Source: Plasmodiophora brassicae (taxonomy: Eukaryota). Taken from it: DNA of 64,000 nucleotides. The stretch lies in assembly GCA_036867785.1 (NCBI GenBank), contig CP145412.1, positions 1,426,001-1,490,000 of the forward strand. The letters run 5' to 3'. How positions within the stretch are numbered: the stretch's first letter is position 1; the number at the start of each line of letters is the position of its first letter. Of this stretch, positions 1 to 11,900 are shown one piece after another. Below the pieces are notes generated by a model, which was given only the letters and a program-made list of their open reading frames with translations, did not search any database and was not told the DNA's origin. The translations under genes were made by a program, and so were the position numbers.

Positions 1-482
1 GGGGGCGGGATATCCCATCGCATATTATCGAACGTTAATCGCACACACGCCCGTCCGTTTGGCCACCCCTCGAACACTGCGACATGGATTTCGACCAAAT
101 GGAGCCCTGGTTCGCGTCTCTGGGCGAATGCAAACTCGTGCTGACAATGGATACCGACCTGCAGAACCCGGTGTCAACCGTCACCGATGATCATCTGCTA
201 CCGATCGACCCGCTTGCCGAATCGACATTGCCCGATCACGGGTTCCTCAGCCTCGACGAATTCGGGTTGTTTCCCGCTGATGCCCCATCTGAACCGGCTC
301 CGGTCGCACCATCACGAGTCGTCCTCCGCAGCGAGGCGCCCGCGGTCGGCTTGCAATGGACGCTTGAGCTCTGATCCAGCCCCCAACTCATACTACTAGA
401 TAATATATGTCACAAAGGGTTTAACTATACGTATCGACCAGGTGCTCTGTGACTGGGGCCTGGAGGAGTCCACAGTTCGGAG

Positions 483-1341
483 ATGGTCGTCGACTACAGT
501 AAATGGGAGACGCTCGCCAACGAAGAGGCCAAGAGCGAGGAGCTGGAGCGGCAGAGGCTCCGGGACGAACGGCACGCCAAGTACCTGAAGCAGCAGCAGG
601 AGAAATGGGAGAAGGTCGGGTCGACCTGGACGGAGATCCATCACATTAGTGACTCGTAGCGCAGTATAAGGACGAGCACGGCGATCACGACCACCATCAG
701 GAGCATTCGTGCGGCTGTTCTATGATGGATCAGGAGCGGATAGAGCGCGCCCGCAAGGCCAAGAAAGACGAGATGCCAATCGCTGAACGCAACCTCCTCA
801 AACTTGAAGCCATCAAAGCCGCCAAGACAGACGGCAATCGTCTGTTCAAAGAGGTTTTGTGCTGGAGTAACTCGATACTGCTATTGGTTAACGTCTGTCG
901 AAGGGCAATCTGGACGTCGCTTACGCTGTTTATGAACGGGGCGCCCTAATATGCAACGGTGTCTACAAGATGACTGACGAGCAGTACGATGAGGTTAGTC
1001 GGTTGGAGCTGATGCTGGATCTGAACATGGCGGCTGTACGCCTGAGACAAGAAAAGTGGTTGGATGCGATCTCGTTGTGCAAGCAAGCGCTCGACATCGA
1101 CGCGAAGTGCAGCAAAGCGTATTACAGGATGGCGTGTGCCTACGTTGGTATGGGCGACTACGACCAGGCGCTCGACGTGCTCTCCAAAGGTGGCCATGAT
1201 GCCGAGTTCGAACGGAAACGCCAGGATATACTCGCCCTGAAACGGAAGCAGGAGGAGAAAGCGCGCAAGGTCATGCAAGCGATGAAGGGCGTCTTGGTCA
1301 GGAAGCCGGGACAGGACGAGGCGCAGCCGACGCAAATATAA
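483..1341 (+). CDS. TPR-domain co-chaperone-like protein (spliced, ~3 exons)
   Basis: Starts MVVDYSKWETL. Later exons give KTDGNRLFKE...LNMAAVRLRQEKWLDAISLCKQALDIDAKCSKAYYRMACAY, an FKBP/cyclophilin-type TPR triplet. Confidence 0.75.
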
Positions 1342-1929
1342 TTAAGCAACCTGGTGCGCGGTTGAAGACGCTGCCTGAGAACGCGAGTATGGCGTATAGG
1401 CCCATACAGGTCAGTTAGCAGATCAGCCGCGAATGTTACCAACGATGCTTGGCATGTGCCAGCGTTGGGCAATAAGTCGTGGACGGCAGCAAGTGCCGCC
1501 GCCGCAAGTAGCGGCATTGCGACCCTACCCATCGACGTGAATGTTGGCCAGAACTGTTGTCGACAATGAGCAACTTGGGCCTGCCGCCAAGTCGACACAA
1601 TCGACTCATGTCGGCAGGGTAGCTAGACCTCTCGCGAATTTACCATTTGACAGGACTCCTGTACATAGAGCGTGCGCGTTCAAGCCGGAGCCCGCCATAG
1701 TGCATGCATGACGTCCCAGTTCCGCTCTGAATGGCAACGGCGACTGGTTGAACAGACCGGACGCGAGCAGCCGCTGCAAATGACACAGATCCCGCATGTC
1801 GTTGCTGCGATGCTTCGCGCACGCACGTGCTCCATGTGACCTTTCGGGAGCAGTGAAGGGCACCGCAAGGAAGTACGACGTACGTATCGTCAACGCAGAT
1901 CCGAGATTGGCGTCGCAAGTCGCAACACC

Positions 1930-3180
1930 ATGGGATCCGACAATGAAACGATCGAGTCTTCTGAGGACGAAGGAGCACGGAGGAGCTTCAAACCGTTTAG
2001 CCGCAAGACGGCTATACGCAAAACTCGATCGCATGGGCGTGCCTTCAGCCTTCCGTCCTGTGTCCAGGACGCTATCGAGGCGCGAGTCAACGAGCAGGAG
2101 GTAATGGATGCTAACGTCAATGTCAGGTCCATATACTTGTACATCAAGGGGTCAGGCAGGCGTCTGTATTGTGCATTCTAGCATTTACTTATATAACCGA
2201 GCTGGCTAGGGCTTTCCCAGAGCACGCCGGCGGCGCAGAAAATCCGACGCTTTCTCAACAACAATGGCAGGCTGGTGACGCGACGGTACACGCGTACCGC
2301 TCAAAACACCCGGCACAGCGAGGCGGTTGCTACCGAATACATACCTGAAAGCGACGACAGACCTGACCGACGTGCTCGGCATCCGTGTCCCACGAATGGT
2401 CTTCAAGATGAATGAGACGCCTTTGCCATTTGATATGCCGAAGGCATGGGCCCTTGCCAGAAAAGGCAGCAGAAGCGTCCCTGCACGACCACCAGCAACG
2501 CCAATCGCGTGACGGTGTCCATCAGCGTCTCAATGGCAGGAGACAAGCTGCCTCTTCTGGTCATCTTTAAAGGCAAGACTGCTTCGTCTCCATGGTTCCT
2601 CGAAATGTATCGTTATGATGGGTTTGTAGGCAAACCGGGGGGCGCATGTTGACAAGGAGCTGAAGCGCTTGGACGACCAGATGAACGGCGGTCACCGCTG
2701 CATAGTCCAGCCTTCCTCCTGGAACGATGAAAAGGGCATGCAGGTGTACGTGGACGAGATATTTGGTCCTTGAATTGGAAGGCGTCCAGTGACGTCGTCG
2801 CTGATGCTGTTGGATGAGTTCGCTGCTCACAAGTGCACCTCAGTGAGAAACGGATTTGCCAAGTATGGTGCAGAGGTGGACATCATCTTGCCATCGTACA
2901 CCTGACGTCTTCAGGTGGTGGATGTGGGCATCAATAAGCCGTTAAGGACAAGATTTGAACTCTATGGGACACCTGGTTGATTGCAGAGCTGGCGGCGCGA
3001 CCAGGACCGACGCCGCGCTCGGACCCTGTCCTTGAATGGCTTGTTAATTCCGACGTCTACCACCTGGAGTCGTCCGGCATACGACAGGGGATGCGAAAAC
3101 TTGGCGAAACTGTCTATCACTGAGGTGCACTTGTGAGCAGCGAAGACATCCAGCAGGCAGCAGCATCAGCGAGGTCAATG
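1930..3180 (+). mobile_element. Degenerate pogo/Tigger (DDE_1, CENP-B-like) transposase, followed by an inverted fragment of a related copy
   Basis: Frameshifted motifs: IRRFLNNNG..VTRRYTRTAQ, MNETPLPFDMP, RVTVSISVSMAGDKLPLLVIFKGK, LLDEFAAHK, YT*RLQVVDVGINKP. Stops and frameshifts are present. Confidence 0.85.
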
Positions 3181-3221
3181 GGATATTTTAGGGAACTGCG
3201 GGCACTGATTTACCGCGATGA

Positions 3222-3765
3222 CGTGGCAAGGCTGACGTCGTCGTCGTGGAGACGTGGATCGATCAACGTCATTCTGTAACTGTGTTATTGCGTACCGTCA
3301 AGAGTCTGCAGACACGGGACTACAGACGTCCCCGTGGCTCTTCTTCGTCGATCCCAGAACCTTCTGCTTCAGCTCATGTCGCGAGTGGCTCATGCGATCC
3401 GCGATCACTTTGGCAACCTTGTCCAGCGTGTGTTTGGTCGCTGCAATCTCCGTATTCAGCAGGCACTGCCCGCTGCAACCTCCGTGTTCAGCAGGCACTG
3501 CTGGCCGTGACGTTGGCAAGTACCGGGCAGTGCCTGCTGAATACGGAGATTGCAGCGACCAAACACATGCTGGACAAGGTTGCCAAAGTGATCGCGGATC
3601 GCATGAGCCACTCGCGACATGAGCTGAAGCAGAAGGTTCTGGGATCGACGAAGAAGAGCCACGGGGACGTCTGTAGTCCCGTGTCTGCAGACTCTTGACG
3701 GTACGTAATAACAGAGTAACAGAATGACGTTTTCCCGTCTCCACGACGACGTCAGCCTTGCCACG
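3222..3765. repeat. Long inverted repeat (arms ~3222-3472 and ~3524-3765)
   Basis: The arms are near-exact reverse complements. ORFs 3246+ and 3298- encode almost the same peptide. Confidence 0.95.
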
Positions 3766-5741
3766 GCTAGTCGTGGTCCTTTCGGTGCCATACTCTGACA
3801 CTCACAACAGCCACGCATCATGGAAGCTGTTAGACAAATGCATATGATGCTGGCAATTTGTGCAATCGGTCTGGTGGCACACAAGACGATACCATGGGCA
3901 GCGGCGTCTTGTGACGGGATTGCCCTGGTCCGGTGGCCGTCAACGGGTGACCACGTTGTTTGCTCGGTGGAGTTTAAAACGTGTGTAGCCCCAGGTACGC
4001 TCGAACAGGCCTTTGCAGTGCGCGAGCACCTAGGGGAACTCATCGTCGTTGAGAACGTTGGCGATCCACGGTGGTTTGAGAGCATTACAGAGGACCACCG
4101 AGCTCAAGTCCTGCATCAAATGTTCGTGTCAGGTCTCAAGCACTTTGTGTATGTACGGGCTTCGATGACCGACATTATCTATTGTGTCCTCGGACGGGCT
4201 TCGGACGACGCTATTGACCGCTTCGGGAGGGCTGTTCTATCTGTCGGTGAGTCGCTTCTCTCGTGGGCCCATCCGACTGGAGACACCAGCGAGGTAGTGA
4301 TTCCGAACTGGATTGACGAATCGGACAAGCGTCTTCTCCAAAGTCACCTTCCCTTTGGCGAATGGTTCAAGAGCACGTCAACAGAAACGGTCCTCTGGTT
4401 CCTATCGAGACGTTCAAGCACGCCGCTCAGGTCCTGTACTGCAGGATCAAAGGCGGCGTCGATAAGGCCACATTCGACGTCAATAAAATTCGATATCCAA
4501 AGTCGAAGCTTGGATTTGAGGCCAAATACGTGACCCATTTGCTGTACCAGGCATGTGGCCTCAACGCATGCATTGCCTACAGGTGACTTGTGTACTGATC
4601 TGTACGGGATCTCCGCTGATACATACTTTGTCTGTCAGGTACTGGACGTACCAGAAGGAATTAAGCGACCAAAATAGATCGCTTCCAAGTCTGAAGAGCG
4701 TCCGGCGTGAGCTCTCGTCGATGGAAGCGTTTGAAGACTTCGTCATCGAGGCAGGTCAGGAGATTGTCCGCCGAGGTGATGACCTCGGGGCACTCTTGTC
4801 CGGAAAGGGCGTGGAAGAGCAGCGCCCCAACCTCAGCGAGCAAGCTGTCGCTGACCTGCAAGCGAAGATTCCCAAAGGACGTGTTTTGCGCTTCTTCAGC
4901 ACTGACGATGGATGGCTGCTGAGGTTTACTCAATTGCATCCCGGTCAGTTGTCATACTAATACCACCTTTAGGAGCTCTGGAACGCACAGAATGGAGAGG
5001 ATAACCCGAGATCCTCTGACCGACATGCCCTTAACCCGGTCTGTACGACGTTGTGCGCTCTGCGTTCGCGAGACCAGTAACTACTGTCATGTGTGCCGAC
5101 AATTCCTGTGCAACGTTGCGCCCAAAGACGGCACCCACCGGGCCTGCTCCACAGATTTCCATTTCTTGCGGGAATTGCCGTCAACGAAGAGGAAGGACAT
5201 CGTCAAGCGCGCTTACCGTATGAAGCCGGGTGAGAGGGAAGAACGGTCACGGCGCGCTAGCCAACTCGCTGCATCAAAGAAAGCTGTTGCGAATGATAGC
5301 GCCAGCGTCGATACCGCCTCCCCTGCCAATGAATTACAAGTGGAACAGCTTGTTAAGCGCCGCAGAGGCCGCCCGAGAAAGCGTCCCCGGCCAGGCACAT
5401 CCGATGAAATCGCTGTTGCGCCAGGTATGTCCCTTCGGAATATTCGTCGTTCAATGATTTCGATTAGCACACTTACTTTTGGCCTAGATTCTGGAGGTGT
5501 ACCAGCAGATGCTCAGAGTAGAAACCGAATTGATGCACCGGCAGATTCGGCTCCGGCAACAACCAGTTCAGGCCACCTTGCCGGCACACCTGCTCGGGCA
5601 GAACGCCCAGAAGCTGTTGCCAACCTCGAGGACAGCCGTGTGCATAAGCGTCAGTGTCTAGAGGCATCTGACGATGTCCCTTCCACCCCCGGTACTTCTA
5701 GAATGATATATATTGAAGAGAGGATGTGGACTGAGCTCTAA
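3524..5741 (+). mobile_element. 5'-truncated piggyBac-like transposase relic with YqaJ-like nuclease domain, C-terminal Cys-rich domain and AT-hook
   Basis: AASCDGI..VEFKT..HRAQVLHQMFVSG (YqaJ/lambda-exonuclease motifs); YCRIKGGVDKA (piggyBac-type YNxxKGGVD); CALC..YCHVCRQFLC..CSTDFH; RRGRPRK. There is a 1-nt frameshift near 4355. Confidence 0.7.
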
Positions 5742-6301
5742 TTTGTTCTCGGTTGCTCTCGTTCAGGAGGGACTCAGGCAGGAGCCCACTATGCGACGGA
5801 TGTTAGTGGTCGCCGACCAACTACCCGCTCTGCTACGCGAGGAGGCTACAACTGAATCTTCTGACATGTTACGGTTGCATGAAGAATGTCCATGAATGAA
5901 TGAAAATTCTCTCTTTTTCTACGCAGGTCGGAGTTGCACGGGCTTTGTGAGGGACACTCGAAAAATCGTAGTGTCGCCATCGAGCGCAGTCATGACTTCG
6001 TTCTTGCGTCCAGCCGCAGTTATCGGCATGGAGTCTATGCCTGGATTCACAATCGAAATGCTGTCTTCAAGGATGCGTCCGTTTCTGCATTCTATGAGAC
6101 CAGATACAGGCAGAGGTAGGTATAATCATCCCAATACTCATGCCAGTGCTGACATGTCTCTTCTTTCACCCGATTCACATTTCTCAGGAGATGGTTCCGA
6201 CAGAATCGAACCTAGCGAACCGCCGCCCCCGAACGCAACGACAAACGGTCTCACTAGTGAACCGTTCGGATCGGAGCTGGAGCGCTGGAAGTTCTAAACG
6301 T

Positions 6302-9300
6302 TTATGAGATGATCGCGTTCATAGCGTGTTGGAGGTACCGGCTGAGTTCAGGATTGTCGGTCGCGGTGTCATGCAGGTCAGATAGGGCCGCGAACAGGGC
6401 CACATCCGCCTGCGCTCGACAGCAACGAGAAATGGCTTGCGCGATGATGGCCAGGGAGCCGCCATCAGATGCCGGGCATAGCTGCAGCATTCGTCCCAGG
6501 ACGATATGACTGGACGAGTCAGCCTGCAGGTGGCCACACAGCCTCATAATAGCGGGCAGGTCACCTTCGTTATGCTCCTGCGTTGACATGTCAGGGGTCC
6601 AACAAGGGCACCCAGTGCATGCAGAATATCAGCACATACCATGGTTCCCTCGGCATCGGTTAACCAGTCGGTTAGAGTAGCGGATGTCAGTGCAAGGTCG
6701 ACATGGAGATCACCGACGACCCGAGCTAAGCGGGCGGCAACCGGGAGCGACAGCCGGTGTCGCAGCGACCGAAGGCGATGGAAGAGCAGAGCGCACTGAG
6801 CGCGAACGCCCGCCGAGCAGGACATGGACAGGAAATGGACCGTCACCCGGGCTAGGCACGACATCGCACCTGAACGTGATACCGTCAGCGGCAGCTGGAC
6901 ACGAGGCGCAACGTTGCAGCACATTACCGTCTTCTTCGATGTTGGCATGAATGAACGACAACAACGAATGCTTCTCAACCAGATCGGAACGGCTTCTCTG
7001 GACGTCGACGGCGGCTTCAAGAAGAGCCCACAACTAGCAACGTCGTTAGCGAGCACGTAATACAACGAGGCCGGCACCGTACCGGCTGTATGTCTCTGCC
7101 AACAGCATTGCTGTTGGCCAGCTGGGCATGCAGCGTCAGGATTCTCGGCCATAGTCCCGATTTCGCCATCGTCCGGGCCGAAGTATAATCAGACAGGCCG
7201 TCCGCCCAGCATTGCACGATCCACTGCATCTGACGCACCGGTTGGAAGGGATCGTTCATCTGGAACTCGTCTGCGGATGCGCTGCGTCAGCTGAAGGAAT
7301 CGGCGAGGGTCAGCAGGTGGCCCTACCTGGGATCTTGCGAACAGGCAGCCAGGCCCGGCGGGCGAGTATCGTCGACACGGTCTTGTACATCGGGTGGGCA
7401 GTACCCTTTCGCGAAACAACGCATTCGAACAGCGAGGCCCACAGCGATGCTGTTAACGAGGGGATCACAGGCAGGTCGGCTTCCCCGTCGTTGACGTCAC
7501 CGTCATCATCCTCGTCCGTCGTCACGACCGAGTTCCGAACAAGTTCGAGCAGGAGACGCGCCTAGCATTCAGTCAAACGACCGGCGATGAACAGATGGGT
7601 TCCGCGTTGCACCTCGCTGCTTAAAGACGTCGAGCCGCACGACTGGACGCGATGCAAGAACGCGTACGAGCACGAACGGACATCGATACAGGCACTGCAC
7701 AGGCCACCTCGAATCACAAAACTGATGATGCCACAGTCTGCCAGAGGAAGCACATTTAGTCCAGGACGCTTCACGGGAACGCCGAAGTACCAGAGATCTT
7801 GGCTGGCAGGGGACCGTTCAGGTCCGATCGGTCGAGAGCCGCTAGTGCCGCGGGGACTATCCAGCGTGGGTCGCCTCGGTTCTTCTTCACAATCGGGCGA
7901 ACGCAATCCCAGAACCACTCGTTGTTGTTCCTTCCCGTCTTGTCACCGTCCAGCACCGAATACCCTTCGGCTGCGCTGCCGAATCGACGACCATGCAAGT
8001 CGAACGCCAAATGCCGATCTATTCATCAGCGCACTTAGACTGGGCGTGGTTATTCGGCAAACGGTGTTGGTACCTGCGGCCGCGAGGCAATCATATCGTA
8101 GCAGGTCCAGTTCAGACAATGTCGCCCCATAGGCACGTAGCACCTCGTTGACGAGCTCAGCCGTAATTTCGGACCGTGTTTCCCAGGCAAGACATGCCTT
8201 TCGCAAAGCGTCAGGGTTGTGAACCCATTCGATACTGTCGCCTGCGTCCTAAGGCCTCCGTCAGCACCGTTGTTTGCAAACTGAACATGCGCCACCTTGA
8301 ACCGTACCATTTCGTCTTCTAATACTCCGATGACACGATTCAGTTCATCGTCCATCCATTGGGGGACTGCAATTCCGATTGAAAACAGATCCTGGATATC
8401 CACTTTAGAGAGGCGACAGCGCAATTTGCCACAGGCACACCTTCTTAGCCTTTCCAAAGCGTTGGGGGCCTCCCTCGGCCAGGTATAGTTGACGAAGAAA
8501 CTCTTCAAGTGGTTCGTTATCGAAACAGGTCCTGGTCAGAGTCGACAGCACGTCGCGGTCCAGGTCGCGAGACGCAATGAAATCGTCAACAGAGGGGGCA
8601 TCGCACGCTAGGACGCTTTAGTTGGTTGTTCCTGAACGGCAAATCATCACGCGAAGTGTACCTTGCCACCGCGTCGGGACCAATGCTCGAACTAGAGGGA
8701 AGTGTGCCAGATGCTGCTGGGCCAACTTCAAACGATGCAGCACCGGGATTGACGGTGCTTGAATAATGATGGCAGAGCAGCAGGCCTCGTCAGACAGTTC
8801 CGGCACAGGGAACCGTAGTGAAGGGAACCGTCTGGCGACAAGCGCACGCACCATCTGTACGAATTGTTGGTTCAGACACGCTACCTATTGCCGGATGAAC
8901 GCCTGCACCCACCTGCGAGTGCACGTTACTGGAACTCGGGTTGTGCTCCTTCCATGCACGTGCAAGTTCGTCATTGACAGTGAGAAGCAATGCGACGTAT
9001 TCGTCATCTGCCGATACAGGATTCTTCCCCAGCAGTCGAACGAGAAGCTCGTGACGATCGACACTGCGGAATGCTGTCGTCGACTAAGATACGATGCCGG
9101 CAGGGTAGGACAAGCATAACAGACCTTCCGTGCGCAGATTGACAACGTCGTCGTCGCTGGGCCGAACTCGTTTCGACATGCGTGCACCTTCGTCATCAGT
9201 CGGCGTGGCCAGTCCAAGGGCGCGCACAAGTGCAGAGACTCTCACGAACACGCGCGGGTCACAGGTGGTAACCAGGGAACGTAGAAGCTCCTCCCCAGGG

Positions 9301-11063
9301 ACGTTACCTAGTTCCAAGCGTGTCAGAATCGGCCGGTCTAATTACTCTGGCAACACAAACGAACCTGGGCGTGGCGCATTGCACAGCATTTCGAGGCGCA
9401 TGAAGTCGGCAATGCGATCTCCGCCAACGATACGAGATGCAAACAGGGACCAAGGGGCATCACGGGGCAGCAATGAGGCCTCGATGTAGGCCCGAATGCA
9501 GGACAGCCACAGGGGGTCATCGGGAGACGAGGCGCTCCTAATGACAACCTGCGAATCAGGTAACATCGCCAGCGCCTACTCGCACGGGTTATGAACGATA
9601 TGAAGAGACGTCCCATAGCGACATACCTGTTTTGAGCAACGACGCGCGAGTGTGACAACGATGCGTTGTGCAAGATGCACGACGAGGGGACTCTGTCGTT
9701 GGAGGGCAGACGACAGGACAGCCTTTGTTACTGGAGCCGGGAGCGCATCCTTGTCGGCATTAGATGGTAACGGCAGGCTTCGAAGCAACTGGTCCACAAA
9801 GGTCGCGTTGCAGACGTAGCGGAAGGACAGACGTGGCTCAAGAGAGAATCGAAGGGCGGCCAGGTACGCAGACAGCACCACTGGGGAGCACAGATCCGAC
9901 TAGCGTTCGGGAATGAGGTTCACGATTCGACGCGATTCGCAGGCAACGGCGTACCTTGACCCAGTCGAGAACGATGGATCGCTGCTGGTTCGATGTGAAC
10001 ACGTCGAGGCTAGTGGCAGCGCGAACGGCGAGCGCGGTCGGCGTCTGGTTCGTCAGCAGTATATCTTGGAACAGTTTCAAGGCAAGCTCAGCCTAACTGG
10101 GCAGTTAGCACACTCATAATAGCGACAGCTAGCGAGCAAGCTGTCACCACCTTTCTGTCACCACCAGCGAGCAGATTTGTGCAACGACTCAGTACCGTCC
10201 CCGACAGCACAGGCGCCTACAAGCAGGAAGAATCATAAATCACGAGCGACGAGAAGGCATATTCTGCGCATACGAAAAGCTTGGTGTGGTTCGCAACCGC
10301 GTCGACGAAGACGCTCATTTGCGGTGCTGACAAAGTTTCCACATTCTGAAGCGTTAAGCGGGCCAACGCAGCAGCACCGTCAATTGTGAGCGCGACTCTG
10401 TCAGAGACCATGGGCACTGGTTACATCCCGATGCCTGGACAGAGAAAACAGTGGACGTACCTCGGGCATTCTTGAAGAGCGTTGATAATCACATGAGTAG
10501 TCGCCGGCGTACTATGGCGCCACACGCGCTGGCTCCTGGAATCAGCATCAGAGAGGGTGTCCTGGTGTAGCAAGAAGGAGCGCTGACCAGTTGATCCGAC
10601 GCAGGATGTTGTGGCCACAGCGCTTTACAACAAGGCTGCACAGCTGGACAGCATTCCTTCTAACGTTCTTGTCGTCTGACGCTAGATGCGACGCGATCTG
10701 CCCGTAGACTTGAGCGGAACAGCAGAACTCGGCGACGGTCCTATTAGCCGTTATTGTGGTTCCATACGACGGTATGGGTAGCGATTATTACCTGATCTGT
10801 TCTCGACATGTATCACAGCTGTGCATCAGGAGCGAAGAAATGCAATAGAATGTGGCAGAGACGGTTGCAACCGGGACACTAGGGCCTCGCGTAATAACGG
10901 AAAACAGTTCGGTCGCGCATGGCGACACCTTGAGGTAGGCATGCAGGGTACGGTAATTATCGTCATGCATAGACCGCGATAGACGCTCAACATTGGACCG
11001 TATGCGGTCAGAGGGACTGCCCTGAATACCCACAAGAATGTCATGCAGACTTTCGTCGGCCAT
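6302..11063 (-). CDS. URB1: Nucleolar pre-ribosomal-associated protein 1 (Npa1/URB1), multi-exon
   Basis: N-terminal YLKVSPCATELF. NopRA1-like C-terminal motifs YGATLSELDL, IPSLTASLWA..HPMYKTVSTIL..KIP and WIVQCWADGL. Confidence 0.75.
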
Positions 11064-11900
11064 GGTGTTGTTACCGTGTCCGCAATGACCGCCACGGAGT
11101 CCGCCACGGAGTCCTCAGTCAGAGGGCAGTAATGGAAAAGGTCGCGGCCTCGCTCAACCCCTGGGTGCCCCCAATGCATCGTCCATCCTCCGGGCCATCG
11201 GCCATTGCCAATTGCCCATTCGTATTGCCAATTGCCCATTCGCAATCGTCCAAATGCCCACCGATTCCTTATTACCCGTTGATCACACACCACTGCCAAT
11301 CGCAATCTGATTCCATCGTCTTTGCCCAATTGTCGTTATCCGTTGGGTCGGATAGTACGATGCAATTTCCCAGGTTGACTGTATACGCCGAATGGACGGG
11401 AAGTCGGGGCGTGGCAGATCGGGCAGTGCGTCATGGTTAGTTCGCCCATTTGGCAGGTTGGCATTATGAATGTGCACCTTACGTTTGCCTGGCGTGCAGA
11501 ACAACTTCAAGCAGAGGACGCGTTGGCCACGTGATACTTTGCTTCGTCGAATCCATTGGCATTACTGGAATCCCTTTTGAGCCGCCTGGAGTTCCTGACG
11601 TCTCAAAACGATTTTGGGGTACTGATCGATAGGTAGCGTCAATCTCCTCATCACACTCGTGGGGGGAACCGTCGAGCACTTGGACTCGTCGAAGCGACTC
11701 AGAGCAGCACGACATCTACCTAGTCGCGTATGGTGCATGACTGAGCGAAAGTGAGGTAAGTGACGCTATCGCTCCTGGAATGGGCTGATAACACCCAGCA
11801 CGTCGTGCAGTACAACACGTCACAGCCAACCCGCTTCACGTATGTGTTTGAATAAAGGCGCCTGCATTCCACTGTCTATCTAGATTGGACACTCAGGCGC

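Noticed and set aside
84-374. Acidic 96-aa ORF
   Set aside because: No recognisable domain; cannot be supported without transcript data.
3246-3801. Twin ORFs on opposite strands with near-identical peptides
   Set aside because: A by-product of the inverted repeat, not two genes.
11359-11860. Possible small spliced gene between URB1 and MCM10
   Set aside because: Splice-like signals exist, but I could not build a coherent or recognisable protein.
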